The position numbers and the translations under genes are program-made. DNA of 64,000 nt, taken from the NCBI GenBank assembly GCA_963829525.1, contig CAWHIJ010000003.1, positions 2,720,001 to 2,784,000 of the forward strand. Direction: 5' to 3'. This document shows positions 19,092 to 30,078 of the stretch, piece after piece. Positions within the stretch are counted from its first letter, which is position 1; the number at the start of each line of letters is the position of its first letter. Source of the DNA: an uncultured Actinomycetota bacterium (GTDB lineage Bacteria; Actinomycetota; Actinomycetes; JAHEKZ01). The notes beneath the pieces are model-generated. The model was not told the origin of the DNA. It ran no database searches and saw only the letters and a program-made list of their open reading frames with translations.

Positions 19092-20093
19092 CTACGCCTC
19101 TTCGCGGCGGTGACCCTCCGCCAGCTTTTCCAGCGCCGTCAGGTCAATCTCTGTTGCTTCGGCGACGGCGATCCGCACGGGTGTCTTCGCGGTGAGCGTT
19201 GCGGTACGGACACCACTCTCGAGGATGGCGCGCTCACCCATCACTGCGCCGGGGCCGACCTCGGAAAGTACTTCGCCGTCAACGTCGATCGCGAGAATTC
19301 CGTCGAGCAGAATCATCAGCGAGCTACCGGGCTCACCTTGCCGCGCAACCACGGCGCCCTCCGGAGACTCTTCGATGTGCGGCTTCTTGCCGCCGGACAT
19401 CAATGCGTGCGAGAGCTGGTGTTCGAGCTCGGTCTCAACGGCGCTGACAATCGCCGGTGAGTCCTGCTCGCCCCAAGGGGTGGCATCGCCGTACGAGTTC
19501 ACCAGCCAGTTCTGGGTGTCGATAAGACCGGACTTGGCGCAGACGGCTCCGTCGCGGTCGTAGATCCAGTGGCGCGGGAAGACGCTTGCACCAGCAAGCT
19601 CGCCCTCAGACCGTCCATCGGCATACACGGTGAGCGCGAGAGTCGTCCAGGCGATCGGGGCGTGCCACTGCACGTAGGGAGGACGGGCCACCTTTCGGGG
19701 CAGGGGGACGCCCGTACGACCTCCAACGGTTTGGACGAATCGAACAGAGTCAGATCCGAACTCGGGCTCACGTTGGATCATCGGCATGGGGACGCCGGCG
19801 AACGTGACGCCGGCAGCACCGATGCCGGTACGTGTCGAGCCGACGACGCTGCCGCCGGTGTACTCGGCCTTTACCGGCACCCCGTCGACGAACTCGACGC
19901 GTCCCGCTAGATGGTTACCCATCCGCAGCCGGTCGGCATCGCGTAACTCTTCAAGTGCGGGGAGACCATTCACTTTGAGTGGTGGCGCCTCGTCGTAGTG
20001 GCCAAGCTTGAGGTCCATTCCGAGTTTGAGCATCTTCTTGAAGACGTCGGTGGGAATCCACGTCACGCTCGTTACCGAACCATCCACCTGCAT
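19092..20093 (-). CDS. Cyclic nucleotide-binding domain protein with uncharacterised N-terminal domain
   Basis: C-terminal RQGEPG...GPGAVMGERAILESGVRTATLTA. Confidence 0.85.
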   Translation of the reverse strand: MQVDGSVTSVTWIPTDVFKKMLKLGMDLKLGHYDEAPPLKVNGLPALEELRDADRLRMGNHLAGRVEFVDGVPVKAEYTGGSVVGSTRTGIGAAGVTFAGVPMPMIQREPEFGSDSVRFVQTVGGRTGVPLPRKVARPPYVQWHAPIAWTTLALTVYADGRSEGELAGASVFPRHWIYDRDGAVCAKSGLIDTQNWLVNSYGDATPWGEQDSPAIVSAVETELEHQLSHALMSGGKKPHIEESPEGAVVARQGEPGSSLMILLDGILAIDVDGEVLSEVGPGAVMGERAILESGVRTATLTAKTPVRIAVAEATEIDLTALEKLAEGHRREEA

Positions 20094-20318
20094 GATCGAT
20101 CACCGCATCCTTCGTAGCAGCTATGCCTCTTACCGTTCGACCTAGCGGAGGTATCTGTCCCGATGCTAGTGCGAGAAAGGGCCCAGCGGTGGGGTGAGTT
20201 TCGACTGAAATCGCGGTGACCTCGTACCCAAGCCGCTTTCTCGGTTTCGGCCCATGCCCTAATCTGACGGCACTGCCAAAGAACGCCGAGCATCGACCGA
20301 CACCCCTTGGGGGCAACC

Positions 20319-23201
20319 GTGGCCGAGTGGCCATGTGCCGCCTGCAGCAGCGACAACCCCGATGGCACCCGCTTCTGCGGTCACTGCGGGGCCCGCCGCA
20401 CCGCTGGCGTCGACCGCGGCGAAGAACGCCGGCTCGTCACAGCGCTCTTCGCCGACCTCTCGGGGTTCACCACGCTCATGCAGACCGGCGACCCTGAAAC
20501 CGTCGCCGCGGTGATCGACCCCCTTGTCGCCTCGTTGTCGGACACTGTCGCCAGCCTCGGTGGCACGGTCGAGAAGTATGCAGGCGACGCAGTCCTCGCC
20601 GTCTTCGGCGCCCCGATCGCGCACGAGGATGATGCGGCCCGCGCACTTCGAGCCGCCATACGCATGCACGGGATTGTCTCGCGATACCCCGAGAGCCAGG
20701 GTCTGACCCTCACCCTGCACGCCGGCGTCGACTCCGGTTGGACCCTCGTTCGCTCGTTCGGCGGAGCGGGGAGATCGGACTACGGCGCCTTGGGTACCTC
20801 GATCATCACCGCGCAGCGTTTGGAGTCGCAGGCAGGACCGGAGGAGACCTACGTCGGAGACACGACGCACACGTTGACCCAGCGTGCCTTTGCCTTCGAG
20901 CAACTCGAGCAGATGACGCTCAAGGGCATAAACGAACCCGTCCAGGCCTGGAAACTGATCAATGAGGATGCGCCAGCCGACGAAGCTCCGACCGAGCTGT
21001 TCGGACGCGAGCACGAGATGGCCGAGCTCGGGAACGACCTCGATATCGCCGCCAAGGGAATCGGGCGGGTACGCCTCATCATCGGCGAGCCAGGGGTTGG
21101 CAAGTCTCGGATGGTACAAGAACTCACCGAACGAGCGGCCAGAGCTGGCTTCACCGTGCTGAAGGTCAACTTCGTCGAAAGTGCCGATCGCCCCTACCAG
21201 GCTTGGCTTGACGCGTTTTCAGTTCTACTTGCCGACCGTCCCGAACTCATCGAGGTGCTGGCCGGAACGAACGCATCGCCTCTCAACCCTGAGCTTCTGC
21301 ACACCGGGTTGCGGGCCTCGGGCTTGAACGGGCTGGAGCACGTCGCCTGCTCTGCGCCGGTGCTCCTGGTGGCAGAAGATGTGCATTGGGCACCGGCTAT
21401 CGACCTCGATCTGCTCGGCTACATCGCCGGACGCATTAGCGGGCTTCCCGTGTCCGTTCTTGCCACAAGCCGGCGCGGTCGAAACTTGTTGGACGACGCA
21501 GTCCCAGAGATTCGCACGATGGAGGTCGGCGTTCTTGGACAGGCAGGCATCGCAGCGCTTGCCGAGGCGCTGATCGGAGCTCCCCTTGAGGATGATTCAG
21601 CCAGCGCGCTCGCACAGTATTGCGGCGGCAACCCGCTCTTCTGCCACCAGATGCTGTTGTCGCTGCGCGAGCGGGGTGACTTGGTGGGTGACGGCGAGCT
21701 TCGGTTCACGTCAGTCGACGTGCTCGCTGATCTTCCACCGACCGTCGAGGGGCTCATGGCTGCTCGGCTCGACTTGCTCCCTGTCGAAGCGGCGCAGCTG
21801 GCCTCGGTCATGGCCGTGTCCGGCCTTTCGGTGTCCCGTCGGTTGCTGCGCGAGATCGAAGCGGAGTCTCTGCACGGCGACCTCGATGCATCGTTGGAGG
21901 CGCTGGAGGCACAAGGGTTCGTCACCGACCTCAGCCAGCCGGTGGTGCGGTTCGCTCATGCTTTGATCCGCCAGGCTGCTGCAAATCGGCTCACATCTCG
22001 CAAGCGGGCCGAGACACATGCCCTGCTGGCCGACGCTGTGCTCGCTGTCTACGGAGACTCCGACGAAGGCCTGGTCTTTCGAGCTCGACACCTTGCCGGC
22101 TCGGGGAACAGTGAGCTCGCGATTCCCGCGTTGCGTCGCGCCTCCGAGGTTCAGCGCCGCGTCTTTGCCAATGACGAGGCTCTTGCGCTGCTCGAACAGG
22201 CTGTTGAATTGGCTAGCGATGGCGTCGATCCCCCGGCCGACTTACTGCTCGAAGCAGCAGACCAAGCCGAGCTCCTAGGACGCTACGAACAAGCGCTCGG
22301 CTGGTATGAGCGGGCCGGCGACCACCTTCCTGCCTGGGTCGGCCGCTCCGAGGTGCTGCGCAAGACCGGCCGGTTCGACGACGCCCGTCAGGTCGCGAGC
22401 GCTGGCCTCGAGCGGTTTGCCGACCATCCCACAGCGTCGGCAGCGCTGCTGCTGCAGGACGGCCATGCCCGACTCTCAGCTGGGGACTACTCCGAAGCGG
22501 CCGAAGTTTTGGCTGATGCACTCGAACAGGCACCCCACACCGGGACGCTGCGCACCACGATTGAAGTGCACCTTGCCGACGCCTTGGCCACCCTGGGACG
22601 CACCGAAGAGGCCGTTACCTACGGCGAGAGCGCCATGGCGTCTGCCAGCGCGGTGCGCGACCAGTCGCCGCGGCTTGCAGTGACGGTGGCACGCGCACTT
22701 GGCGGCGTTCTTCAGGACGCCGACCGCTGGGAGGACGCAGCCACCACGCTTCAGGAAGGGCTCGACCTCGCCCGACGCCTCGGAGACATCGAGGAGCAGG
22801 GCGCGTGCCTGATCAACCTTGGGATGACCGAGGAACACTTCAACTGCTACGACAAGGCCGCAGACTTCTACCGTGACGCGATCGCGCTCTTCGAGCAGAT
22901 CGGCCACGCTACTGGCTGCCTCGTCGGCTACGGAAACCTTGCAACCGCACTCGGCAAGCTCGGGCAGGTGGACGAGGCCCTGGCAGCAGCCAACCACGCC
23001 GAAGAACTCGCGGCCGAGATCGGTGACCAGTTCACCGCTCTTGACGTAGCCCTGACGCGTGTGGAAATCCTGATCGGCCTGGGCCGGTCAAGCGAAGCTG
23101 CGGTCATCGCCGAGCATGCAGCCGAAGCCTTCCAAGCCCTCGGCGTCCCCGCCCAGACCCAACGCGCCCTGGACCTGGCAGAACGCGCTCGCACGGCCTA
23201 G
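20319..23201 (+). CDS. Class III adenylate/guanylate cyclase fused to zinc ribbon, AAA/STAND ATPase and TPR repeats
   Basis: CAAC..N.....FCGHCG; ERRLVTALFADLSGFT; EKYAGDAVLAVFGAPIAHEDDA; GEPGVGKSR; EDVHWA; GGNPLF; helical TPR C-terminus. Confidence 0.92.
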   Translation: MAEWPCAACSSDNPDGTRFCGHCGARRTAGVDRGEERRLVTALFADLSGFTTLMQTGDPETVAAVIDPLVASLSDTVASLGGTVEKYAGDAVLAVFGAPIAHEDDAARALRAAIRMHGIVSRYPESQGLTLTLHAGVDSGWTLVRSFGGAGRSDYGALGTSIITAQRLESQAGPEETYVGDTTHTLTQRAFAFEQLEQMTLKGINEPVQAWKLINEDAPADEAPTELFGREHEMAELGNDLDIAAKGIGRVRLIIGEPGVGKSRMVQELTERAARAGFTVLKVNFVESADRPYQAWLDAFSVLLADRPELIEVLAGTNASPLNPELLHTGLRASGLNGLEHVACSAPVLLVAEDVHWAPAIDLDLLGYIAGRISGLPVSVLATSRRGRNLLDDAVPEIRTMEVGVLGQAGIAALAEALIGAPLEDDSASALAQYCGGNPLFCHQMLLSLRERGDLVGDGELRFTSVDVLADLPPTVEGLMAARLDLLPVEAAQLASVMAVSGLSVSRRLLREIEAESLHGDLDASLEALEAQGFVTDLSQPVVRFAHALIRQAAANRLTSRKRAETHALLADAVLAVYGDSDEGLVFRARHLAGSGNSELAIPALRRASEVQRRVFANDEALALLEQAVELASDGVDPPADLLLEAADQAELLGRYEQALGWYERAGDHLPAWVGRSEVLRKTGRFDDARQVASAGLERFADHPTASAALLLQDGHARLSAGDYSEAAEVLADALEQAPHTGTLRTTIEVHLADALATLGRTEEAVTYGESAMASASAVRDQSPRLAVTVARALGGVLQDADRWEDAATTLQEGLDLARRLGDIEEQGACLINLGMTEEHFNCYDKAADFYRDAIALFEQIGHATGCLVGYGNLATALGKLGQVDEALAAANHAEELAAEIGDQFTALDVALTRVEILIGLGRSSEAAVIAEHAAEAFQALGVPAQTQRALDLAERARTA

Positions 23202-23211
23202 CCGGACGCCG

Positions 23212-23700
23212 TCAGCGGAACTTGGTCGAGCCGGACGTGTCGCTATTGATGATGTAAGCGAAGCATCCCGTGTCGGGAGCGGGGTCGAGTACGACGCCTT
23301 TTGAAGTGCTCGTGTCGAAGGCCACGCACACGGTGTCGGTGGTCGCGCTCACCAGGGTGACTGGTGTGCTGAAGTTTACGCGCGGCGGGTCGGTCGCCGT
23401 CGCGGCGACGGCGACGCCCGTCGTGGTGGTCGGCGTCCCGGTCGCAGTGTCTCCGCTATACACCGTCATCGTGTAAGTGACGTTGTTGCACGCCTTACCA
23501 CCGAGATCTACCTGCCCAATGACCTCAGCGCCCGTCGGTGCCGGGTCACCGAGGGGAAGACTCTGATAGTTCACCCGACCATCGACGATGTCGGCACAAG
23601 CCTTCTTTGTGTCGCCGACCCACTGACCCGCACTCGCCATCGGCGCTGCCACCATCATCCCAACGAGTGCGACGGTTACGGCTATGACTGACTTTCGCAC
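23212..23700 (-). CDS. Hypothetical secreted protein
   Basis: GGAGG RBS, GTG start, signal RKSVIAVTVALVGMMVAAPMASA, four Cys. Confidence 0.7.
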   Translation of the reverse strand: MRKSVIAVTVALVGMMVAAPMASAGQWVGDTKKACADIVDGRVNYQSLPLGDPAPTGAEVIGQVDLGGKACNNVTYTMTVYSGDTATGTPTTTTGVAVAATATDPPRVNFSTPVTLVSATTDTVCVAFDTSTSKGVVLDPAPDTGCFAYIINSDTSGSTKFR

Positions 23701-23729
23701 GGTGGCCTCCACGGTCCTTCGTTGGATCG

Positions 23730-26700
23730 TCACTTCTTGACGGTCAGGGTGGTCGTTGCGGTGATCGGTCCCGAACCGCTCACGTACCCGGTCAGCCGAA
23801 CGGCTATCGGCCGACCATACAGGTTGTACGTCCTGGCGAAGTCCAGAATCTGCTGCCGCGCATACTTCGCCGTGAAGCGAGTGCTCGTTGCGCTCGATGA
23901 GAGCAAGGGCACATCGATCGAGACGGGGTTCCCCGCACTCAGTGCGCCTGACGGAGGGGTCGCAGTGAACCTGGTCCGCAGGCTGCTGGCCAGCACCTGC
24001 GTCTCGGCCGCATTCGAGACGGTGAGATACGCGGTTACTGGGGTTCCCGAGGACGTCGGCACCGGGTTCGGATTGATCTGAAGGGTCGTTGCCCCAGCGG
24101 TTCCGCCGGTGGCGGCAACGCAAGGCTGTTCGTCTAGAGCAACTTCGTCGATGGTGCTCACCCCATCGCCGTCTGGGTCGTCAAAGGCGTTCGACGGATC
24201 GGCATCGCCCGACAGCGACGTGCTGGAACAAGGGGTTCCCGTGGTTCCGGCGATGCGATCTTTCAACACCGGAACTCCGTCGTTGTCCTTGTCCTCCAGC
24301 ACCGTGAAGGTGCTTGTCGTCGAGGTCTGCTTCCCGTCGGAGTCTGTGGCGAGCAGGCGCACTCCGTAGACACCCGGTGCCCAGCCACCTGCTGGCGGTG
24401 CTTTGCGCACTGAGGTTCCAGTGCCCGCCGCAGCTTCGGACCCGCCAGGTGGAGTGATGAACCAGTTCAAACGAGAGCCAGGCAGCACGCCGTCTTCGGC
24501 GTCACGTGCCGTTCCGTCCAGGGTGACGGTGGAGTACTGCAGGTACGTCGAGTAGGCGTCCCCGGGCGCGGGACCGTAGATGGCTGGCGCGGGTGGCTGC
24601 GAGGTGAGCGACGGTTGAGTCGATGCCCTAACGCTTTCGGACGTCGAGAAGCCGTCATTGGCGATGGCCACCAAGCCGCTGCCCGGCGGGCAGCTACCGA
24701 TCAGGCTCGGGTCGACGTTCACCGACCACGTTGCAGACGTCCCGCTGACGGCATCGGGCTTGAGTGCGACCGCAACCGGATAGCTGACCGTCCCGCAGCG
24801 GAAGACCAGATCGATCCGAAGGTTATTGGGATCGGCTCCCGACCCGGTCGTGGCTGACACCGAGTAGGGATCCCCTGCACCCGGGGATGAACCTCCACCG
24901 AACCTGCGCACGAACGCGTCGGCGTAGTGGTTGGTGTCACCGACGTCGAGGTTCGGCGCGGTGCTGACGAAGGTGGCCGCAGATCCTTCGTCGCTGATTC
25001 CACCGGGCTTGTAGGCGAAGGTCAGTGACCCGTCATACGTGGACCCGTCGGCGTAAGCCGGGTCTCCGTCGTTGTTCACCGTTGCCAGCGTCGGGCCGTC
25101 TTCTGAACCGGTGGCGAAGTCGTAGGAGAAGACATCCTGGATCTCGTCAAGGCATTCGAACTCGCATTCCGGATCGGCCGCGAAGTCGTCCGCGCTGAAG
25201 TTGGATGCATTGCTGGCCATGAGGATGTCATTGGCACAGCTCGGACTGGAGGAGTCACAACCAAGATCAGGCGTGGCATCGAGAAGGTAACTGTCGCCGT
25301 CGAGATCGCCTGTCCCGTCAATCGGGAGAGTACCTGGCACCTGGCTCAGCCGGGTGCCGCCATCGAGCCGCCGACGACGCTGTAGAACACGTCGCTCGCT
25401 TCATTGTTGTCGTTAGGCACGAGGTTCGAGGCATTCGAGTCGTAGACGATGTACTTCGCCTGGTTCGGCCCCGACAACGGGCTGAGCAGGGGTGGGTGGA
25501 GCACGTCCCCGTTGATGGGGGCATCGATGGCGCCGCACTGGTCCACATTGCAGGGATCGGAGTAGCTGAGGCCAACCGTCGCCAACACGGTCGAATTCGA
25601 TTGCGTATCACGGACATACGCCGCGAAACGAGCCCGACGGGTGAGTATTCGGTTAGCTGCTCGTTGCTAAGGAACGAAACGAAGCGGCCATCATCGGTGA
25701 TCGAACCGGGCTGCTGTCCCCGATCGGTGCAATCGACGAACTGCGGCGGGGCGCAGCCACTGTCGCGCCGGCTCACCAGCTCCGTCGTACCTTCGACGTT
25801 CAGGTCTCGAAGGTAAACACGCGACGCATTGCCGCTGTCTGGAGCGGTCAACGGCGCGAGGTTAGTCGCCCGCGAGGAGAACGCCACGTACCGTCCCGTG
25901 GCACTCAGGACGGGGCGACCGATCGCCGGAGCGTCGCCCAGTGCACCGGCGGACGACACATCGGCCACATCGAGGTTCCCCGTCTCCACGTGGTACACGT
26001 AGAGGTGCTGCTCCAGATTGTCACCGAGATTGCCGGGAGCCACCAAGTTGGTCGCAGAGGAGACGAAGGCGACAGTCGTGCCGTCAGAACTGATCACCGG
26101 GTCGGAACTCGAGCCATTGGAGCCGTATGGGCTGCTGTCGTAGTCACGAGTGATCAGAGTGGTTGTCTGGGCCGCGACATCCCGAAGGTAGATGTCGTCG
26201 AGTTCAGTGTTGTCTTCCTGATCGAGCGTGGCTGCCGTCCGGAAGACCACCAGACTTCCGTCGCCGCTGATGTCGGAGGAGTACGTGGTGCCGTACGCCT
26301 GGAGGTCGGGATCACTGGCCGGTCCGGTCTTGGCGCTGACACGCTCGGTGGACCCGGCCCCAACGCCAGGGCTCACATCGGTGACCTCCGGGGCGGCGAC
26401 GCGGTTGCGCGCATAGAGCTCCACGCCATTCTTCTCGAGCACGATCCGCTCTGCGCTGGTATCAAACGGGACTGCAGCTGTGAAGGTAGCCTCCGGCCCC
26501 AGTTCGACCGTGTTGGTGTTCGGTGGGCCCACCGGGTCGACGGGGGTGTCGTGGTCGGAGGTCTCGAAGTTGACGGCCACCCCGACGTTGCTGACCGCGA
26601 GTCCGTCTTTGTCCTTCTGCACCAGCCGGTATGGGCTCGTGTTGTCGACGTTGAACCGTGGCACGCCGTTCTTGAAGTAAGACTCGGTGATTTCTGCTCT

Positions 26701-28122
26701 GTCCGGAGTTCCCTTTGTGATGACGCCAGAGATCACAAACGTCGGGCTCGCGCCGACACCAAGCGCAGTTCCAACCGTCGTCGTGGTCGTCGGGCAGCTC
26801 GTTGGCAGCGGGGTCGGCGTCAGTGCACACAGGGTGAAGGCCCAGTCTGACGGCTCGAGCAGCGTTGTCTGGTCGTTCCAGGTGTCACGTACCGCCATCA
26901 CCGTGCGGTCGGTGGCGAGGAACTGACGCGTCGGGACGTTGTAGGCGCGGTTCGGGGCAGTGTCGTCCGCCTGGGTGTTCTTCGAGTGGTACCGGCTATA
27001 GGGGTCAGCGTTCGTCGCGGTGAGAGGCACTCCACCGAAAGTGTGGGCGATCTCCATCGCCATCGTGGACCCGGTCTGCGATGGCGTCGTGCCATCGGGC
27101 ACAAGTCGCGTCCAGGTGATCGGCTGCCCAACCTTCGACATGCCCTCGGCGCAGCCGGCATCGCCGCCGAGGCTGAGCGAGTCCTGGACGACGCCAATCA
27201 CTCGGTCGGCTGGCGTGTTCGGGTTGTTGGTGTTCCACGACTGCAGGAACGTCGACAAGTTCGCCGCGACTCCATCGAAGTTCGCCGCAGTCCCACAGAA
27301 CTTGCCAGCCTGCTGAAACGTGGTGATGTTGGCAATCGTCGGTGTCACGGCATATCGGATTCCTGCCGTTGATGCCGCTGAGGTGAGATCCCCCGTGCCG
27401 TCGGGTACCGGCAGTGTGCGAGCCAGCGCCCGCATGGCGCCGGCAGTGGTGGCTTGAGCAGTTGCGTTGAACTGTTGGGCGTATCCGACACGAGGGTCGC
27501 CCATAGGCACGACGAGGATACGCAACGCGTTGGTCTTCTTCTCCACCGTGCTCGAGATCGGAGCAGTGCTGCCTGGACGCGTGGTGAAACGCACTGAGCC
27601 AGCTACCGCGGACGCCGTGTTGCTCGCTTTGGCCGAGTAGTTGATCGTCACCGTCATAGTCGCGGTATAGCGGGCGGTGTTAGCAGCCGGAGCAAGGACC
27701 GAACCGGCGATCACGAAACGGGTATCGGCCGGCGAATCGACCGCCGGCGCACTCGTGTAAGGCGCAAGGATCGGTGCCGGACTGGCCACAAGGTTGTCCG
27801 GACCGATGCTGGTGGTACCACCGGGTGTCGTCACGTTCAGGGTCGCGCCGGTGACGGCGATCGAGGAACCCTTGGCCGCGCACGACGGCATGCTCAGATA
27901 CGAGCGGACCAGCGCCTCTTTGCCGCGCACCAGTGGGTTGTACGAGCCGACCCCCTGCGTCACGGTGATGTCGCGCAGCTGAGGCACCAGGGAACAGGCG
28001 GTAGCAGCCGAGGCCGAGCCGCCAGGAAGGGCGGAAAGCGAGGCGGCGACAAGCGCCACTGAGACGATCATCGTCACCAGGCGGCTTCGAGTGACCCAGT
28101 TCATCGGGCTCATCGGGCTCAT
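23730..28122 (-). CDS. Very large secreted protein (about 1450 aa; split by frameshifts near 25600 and 25340): zincin-like segment, TolB-like beta-propeller, Ig-like and Ca-binding DxDxDG repeats
   Basis: Signal peptide; MEIAHTFG; repeats ISxDGxxVAFxSxATNLV and ASNLVPNDNN..SDVF continuing across ORFs 25318-28122, 25346-25588 and 23730-25340; GTARDAEDG, DKDNDG, DPDGDG. Confidence 0.75.
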
Positions 28123-28160
28123 CGGGCCTCCAGGTATCCGGGGGCAGGAAGACCCGACCC

Positions 28161-28176
28161 CGTGATGGCCGTCACA
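28161..28176. promoter_or_regulatory. CRP/GlxR-like box CGTGA-N6-TCACA
   Basis: 9/10 match to TGTGA-N6-TCACA in a divergent intergenic region. Confidence 0.5.
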
Positions 28177-28356
28177 CTAAACGACGGTTCAGCGCACTGT
28201 CACCCGTTTGCAAAGAAGGTTCACCATCTCGTCATCCAGGACGTACTAACGCACCAAATCATCGGAAATGTCCAAGAATCCGTTGCCTCGCCAGGCCCTC
28301 GGCCCGCTATCTTGTGCCAGCGAGCGCCCACCACAGCGCTCGACGCGGAGGGCTGG

Positions 28357-30030
28357 ATGGACGAAGACAGCGAGGATCCTGCTGCGGCGAATCGACCTTC
28401 GCGCGAGGACGCCCACTCGGCCATGGCCGTACTGCGCACTCCCGCACTGCTGCGCGTCATCGCCGCCTTCTTCATCTTTGGAACCGCTGAGTGGGCCACC
28501 TGGATCGCCATGCTGGTTTGGGCCTTCGACCGGGGCGGTGCCGGCGCTGCCGGGCTCATCTCCGTCGTCCAGATGGTCCCGGCTACCTTGGCTGCCCCCT
28601 TCGCGGCATCCATCTTCGAGCGGATGCGACGAGATCACGCTCTCGCGCTCGGGTACGGCATTCAAGCTGCCACCCGGCTGGCCGTCGGCGTTGTGCTTGT
28701 GTCTGACGCTCCTGCCTGGCTGGTGTACTTCGCTGCCGCGGTGGCGACGACCTCGATCGTTCTCACTCGGCCCATGCACCACGCGATCATTCCTGAAATT
28801 GCCGAGACACCCGAAGAGATCACAGTGGGCCACTCGGCTTCGAGCACTGTCGAGGGTTTGGCCACCTTCGTCGGCCCCATCCTTGCTGGCGTTCTGTTGG
28901 GTATCTACGGGCCGGGTGCAGTCTTCTTCCTCACCAGCGCGGGGGCGGTGGTGGCGGTGCTACTCACCCGATCACTGCCCCTCAGGCGTGCCTTTGAGCG
29001 TGTGACCGAGGCTGAGAGCATCGTCAAGGCAACTGCCGCCGGTCTTCTCGAGCTGAAACACAACTCGGGGGCGCTTCTCCTGACACTGGTCGTCGGTGCG
29101 CAGTGGGTGGTGATCGGAGCCCTGGATGTATTGACGGTCGTCTTCGGCATCGACGTCTTAGACATGGGCGAATCCGGACCTGGAATCCTGATGTCCGCGG
29201 TGGGGGTCGGAGGCCTGGTGGGCGCTGCAGCCACAGTGCTGCTCATCGGGCAGAAGAAGCTTTCGCCAGCTGTCACCGGCGGAATGTTGCTCACCGGACT
29301 CTCCATCGCCGCGGTGGCATTCACCCTGCTGCCACTGGTGGCATGGCTGTTCCTGGCTCTCTCCGGTCTCGGGAAGGCCTTCGTCGACGTCGCGGGACGA
29401 ACACTGCTTCACCGCGCTGTTCGCCCGGACATCATGTCGCGCATCTTCGGAGTGCAGGAGAGCATGGTGATGGGCGGGGTAGCGGTCGGCGCAACGGTTG
29501 CACCCATATTGATCAACCGACTGAGCCCCGAAGGGGCGGTTATCGCGACAGGCGTCTTCTTGCCTGTGGTCGGTCTTCTGGCGTGGGTTCAGATCCGCAA
29601 TCTCGACTCCGAGGCACTGCTACCGGGGCCGGGCTTCGCACGGCTCGAGGCGATCCCGATGTTTGCGTCACTCCCGCTCGGAACTCTGGAGCAGCTCTCC
29701 CGAGAACTCATCTCGATCACGGCGGCAGGAGGGATCGACATCTTCGACCAAGGGGACGAGGGAGACTTGGTCTACATCATTGACCAAGGCAGCGTCGAGA
29801 TCATCCGGAACGGAAGGGTGATCAACACCAATGGACCTGGCGACTACTTCGGCGAGATAGCCTTACTGCGCGACATCCCACGAACTGCGACCGTTCGAGC
29901 TGTCGACGACGTTCACCTGTACGCACTGACGCGCGAGGTCTTCCTCGAGGCGGTCACCGGGTCGTCGAAGTCACATGAGCTCGCGCACGCCGAGGCGACC
30001 CGTCGTCGACAAGGCGACGAACCGGACTGA
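28357..30030 (+). CDS. MFS transporter fused to a C-terminal cyclic nucleotide-binding domain
   Basis: 12-TM MFS followed by QGDEGDLVYII..G...GPGDYFGEIALLRDIPRTATVRA. Confidence 0.9.
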   Translation: MDEDSEDPAAANRPSREDAHSAMAVLRTPALLRVIAAFFIFGTAEWATWIAMLVWAFDRGGAGAAGLISVVQMVPATLAAPFAASIFERMRRDHALALGYGIQAATRLAVGVVLVSDAPAWLVYFAAAVATTSIVLTRPMHHAIIPEIAETPEEITVGHSASSTVEGLATFVGPILAGVLLGIYGPGAVFFLTSAGAVVAVLLTRSLPLRRAFERVTEAESIVKATAAGLLELKHNSGALLLTLVVGAQWVVIGALDVLTVVFGIDVLDMGESGPGILMSAVGVGGLVGAAATVLLIGQKKLSPAVTGGMLLTGLSIAAVAFTLLPLVAWLFLALSGLGKAFVDVAGRTLLHRAVRPDIMSRIFGVQESMVMGGVAVGATVAPILINRLSPEGAVIATGVFLPVVGLLAWVQIRNLDSEALLPGPGFARLEAIPMFASLPLGTLEQLSRELISITAAGGIDIFDQGDEGDLVYIIDQGSVEIIRNGRVINTNGPGDYFGEIALLRDIPRTATVRAVDDVHLYALTREVFLEAVTGSSKSHELAHAEATRRRQGDEPD

Positions 30031-30078
30031 CCAGCCCATGGATTCGATCGACCGACGCGAGAAGACAAAGAGGGCTTC

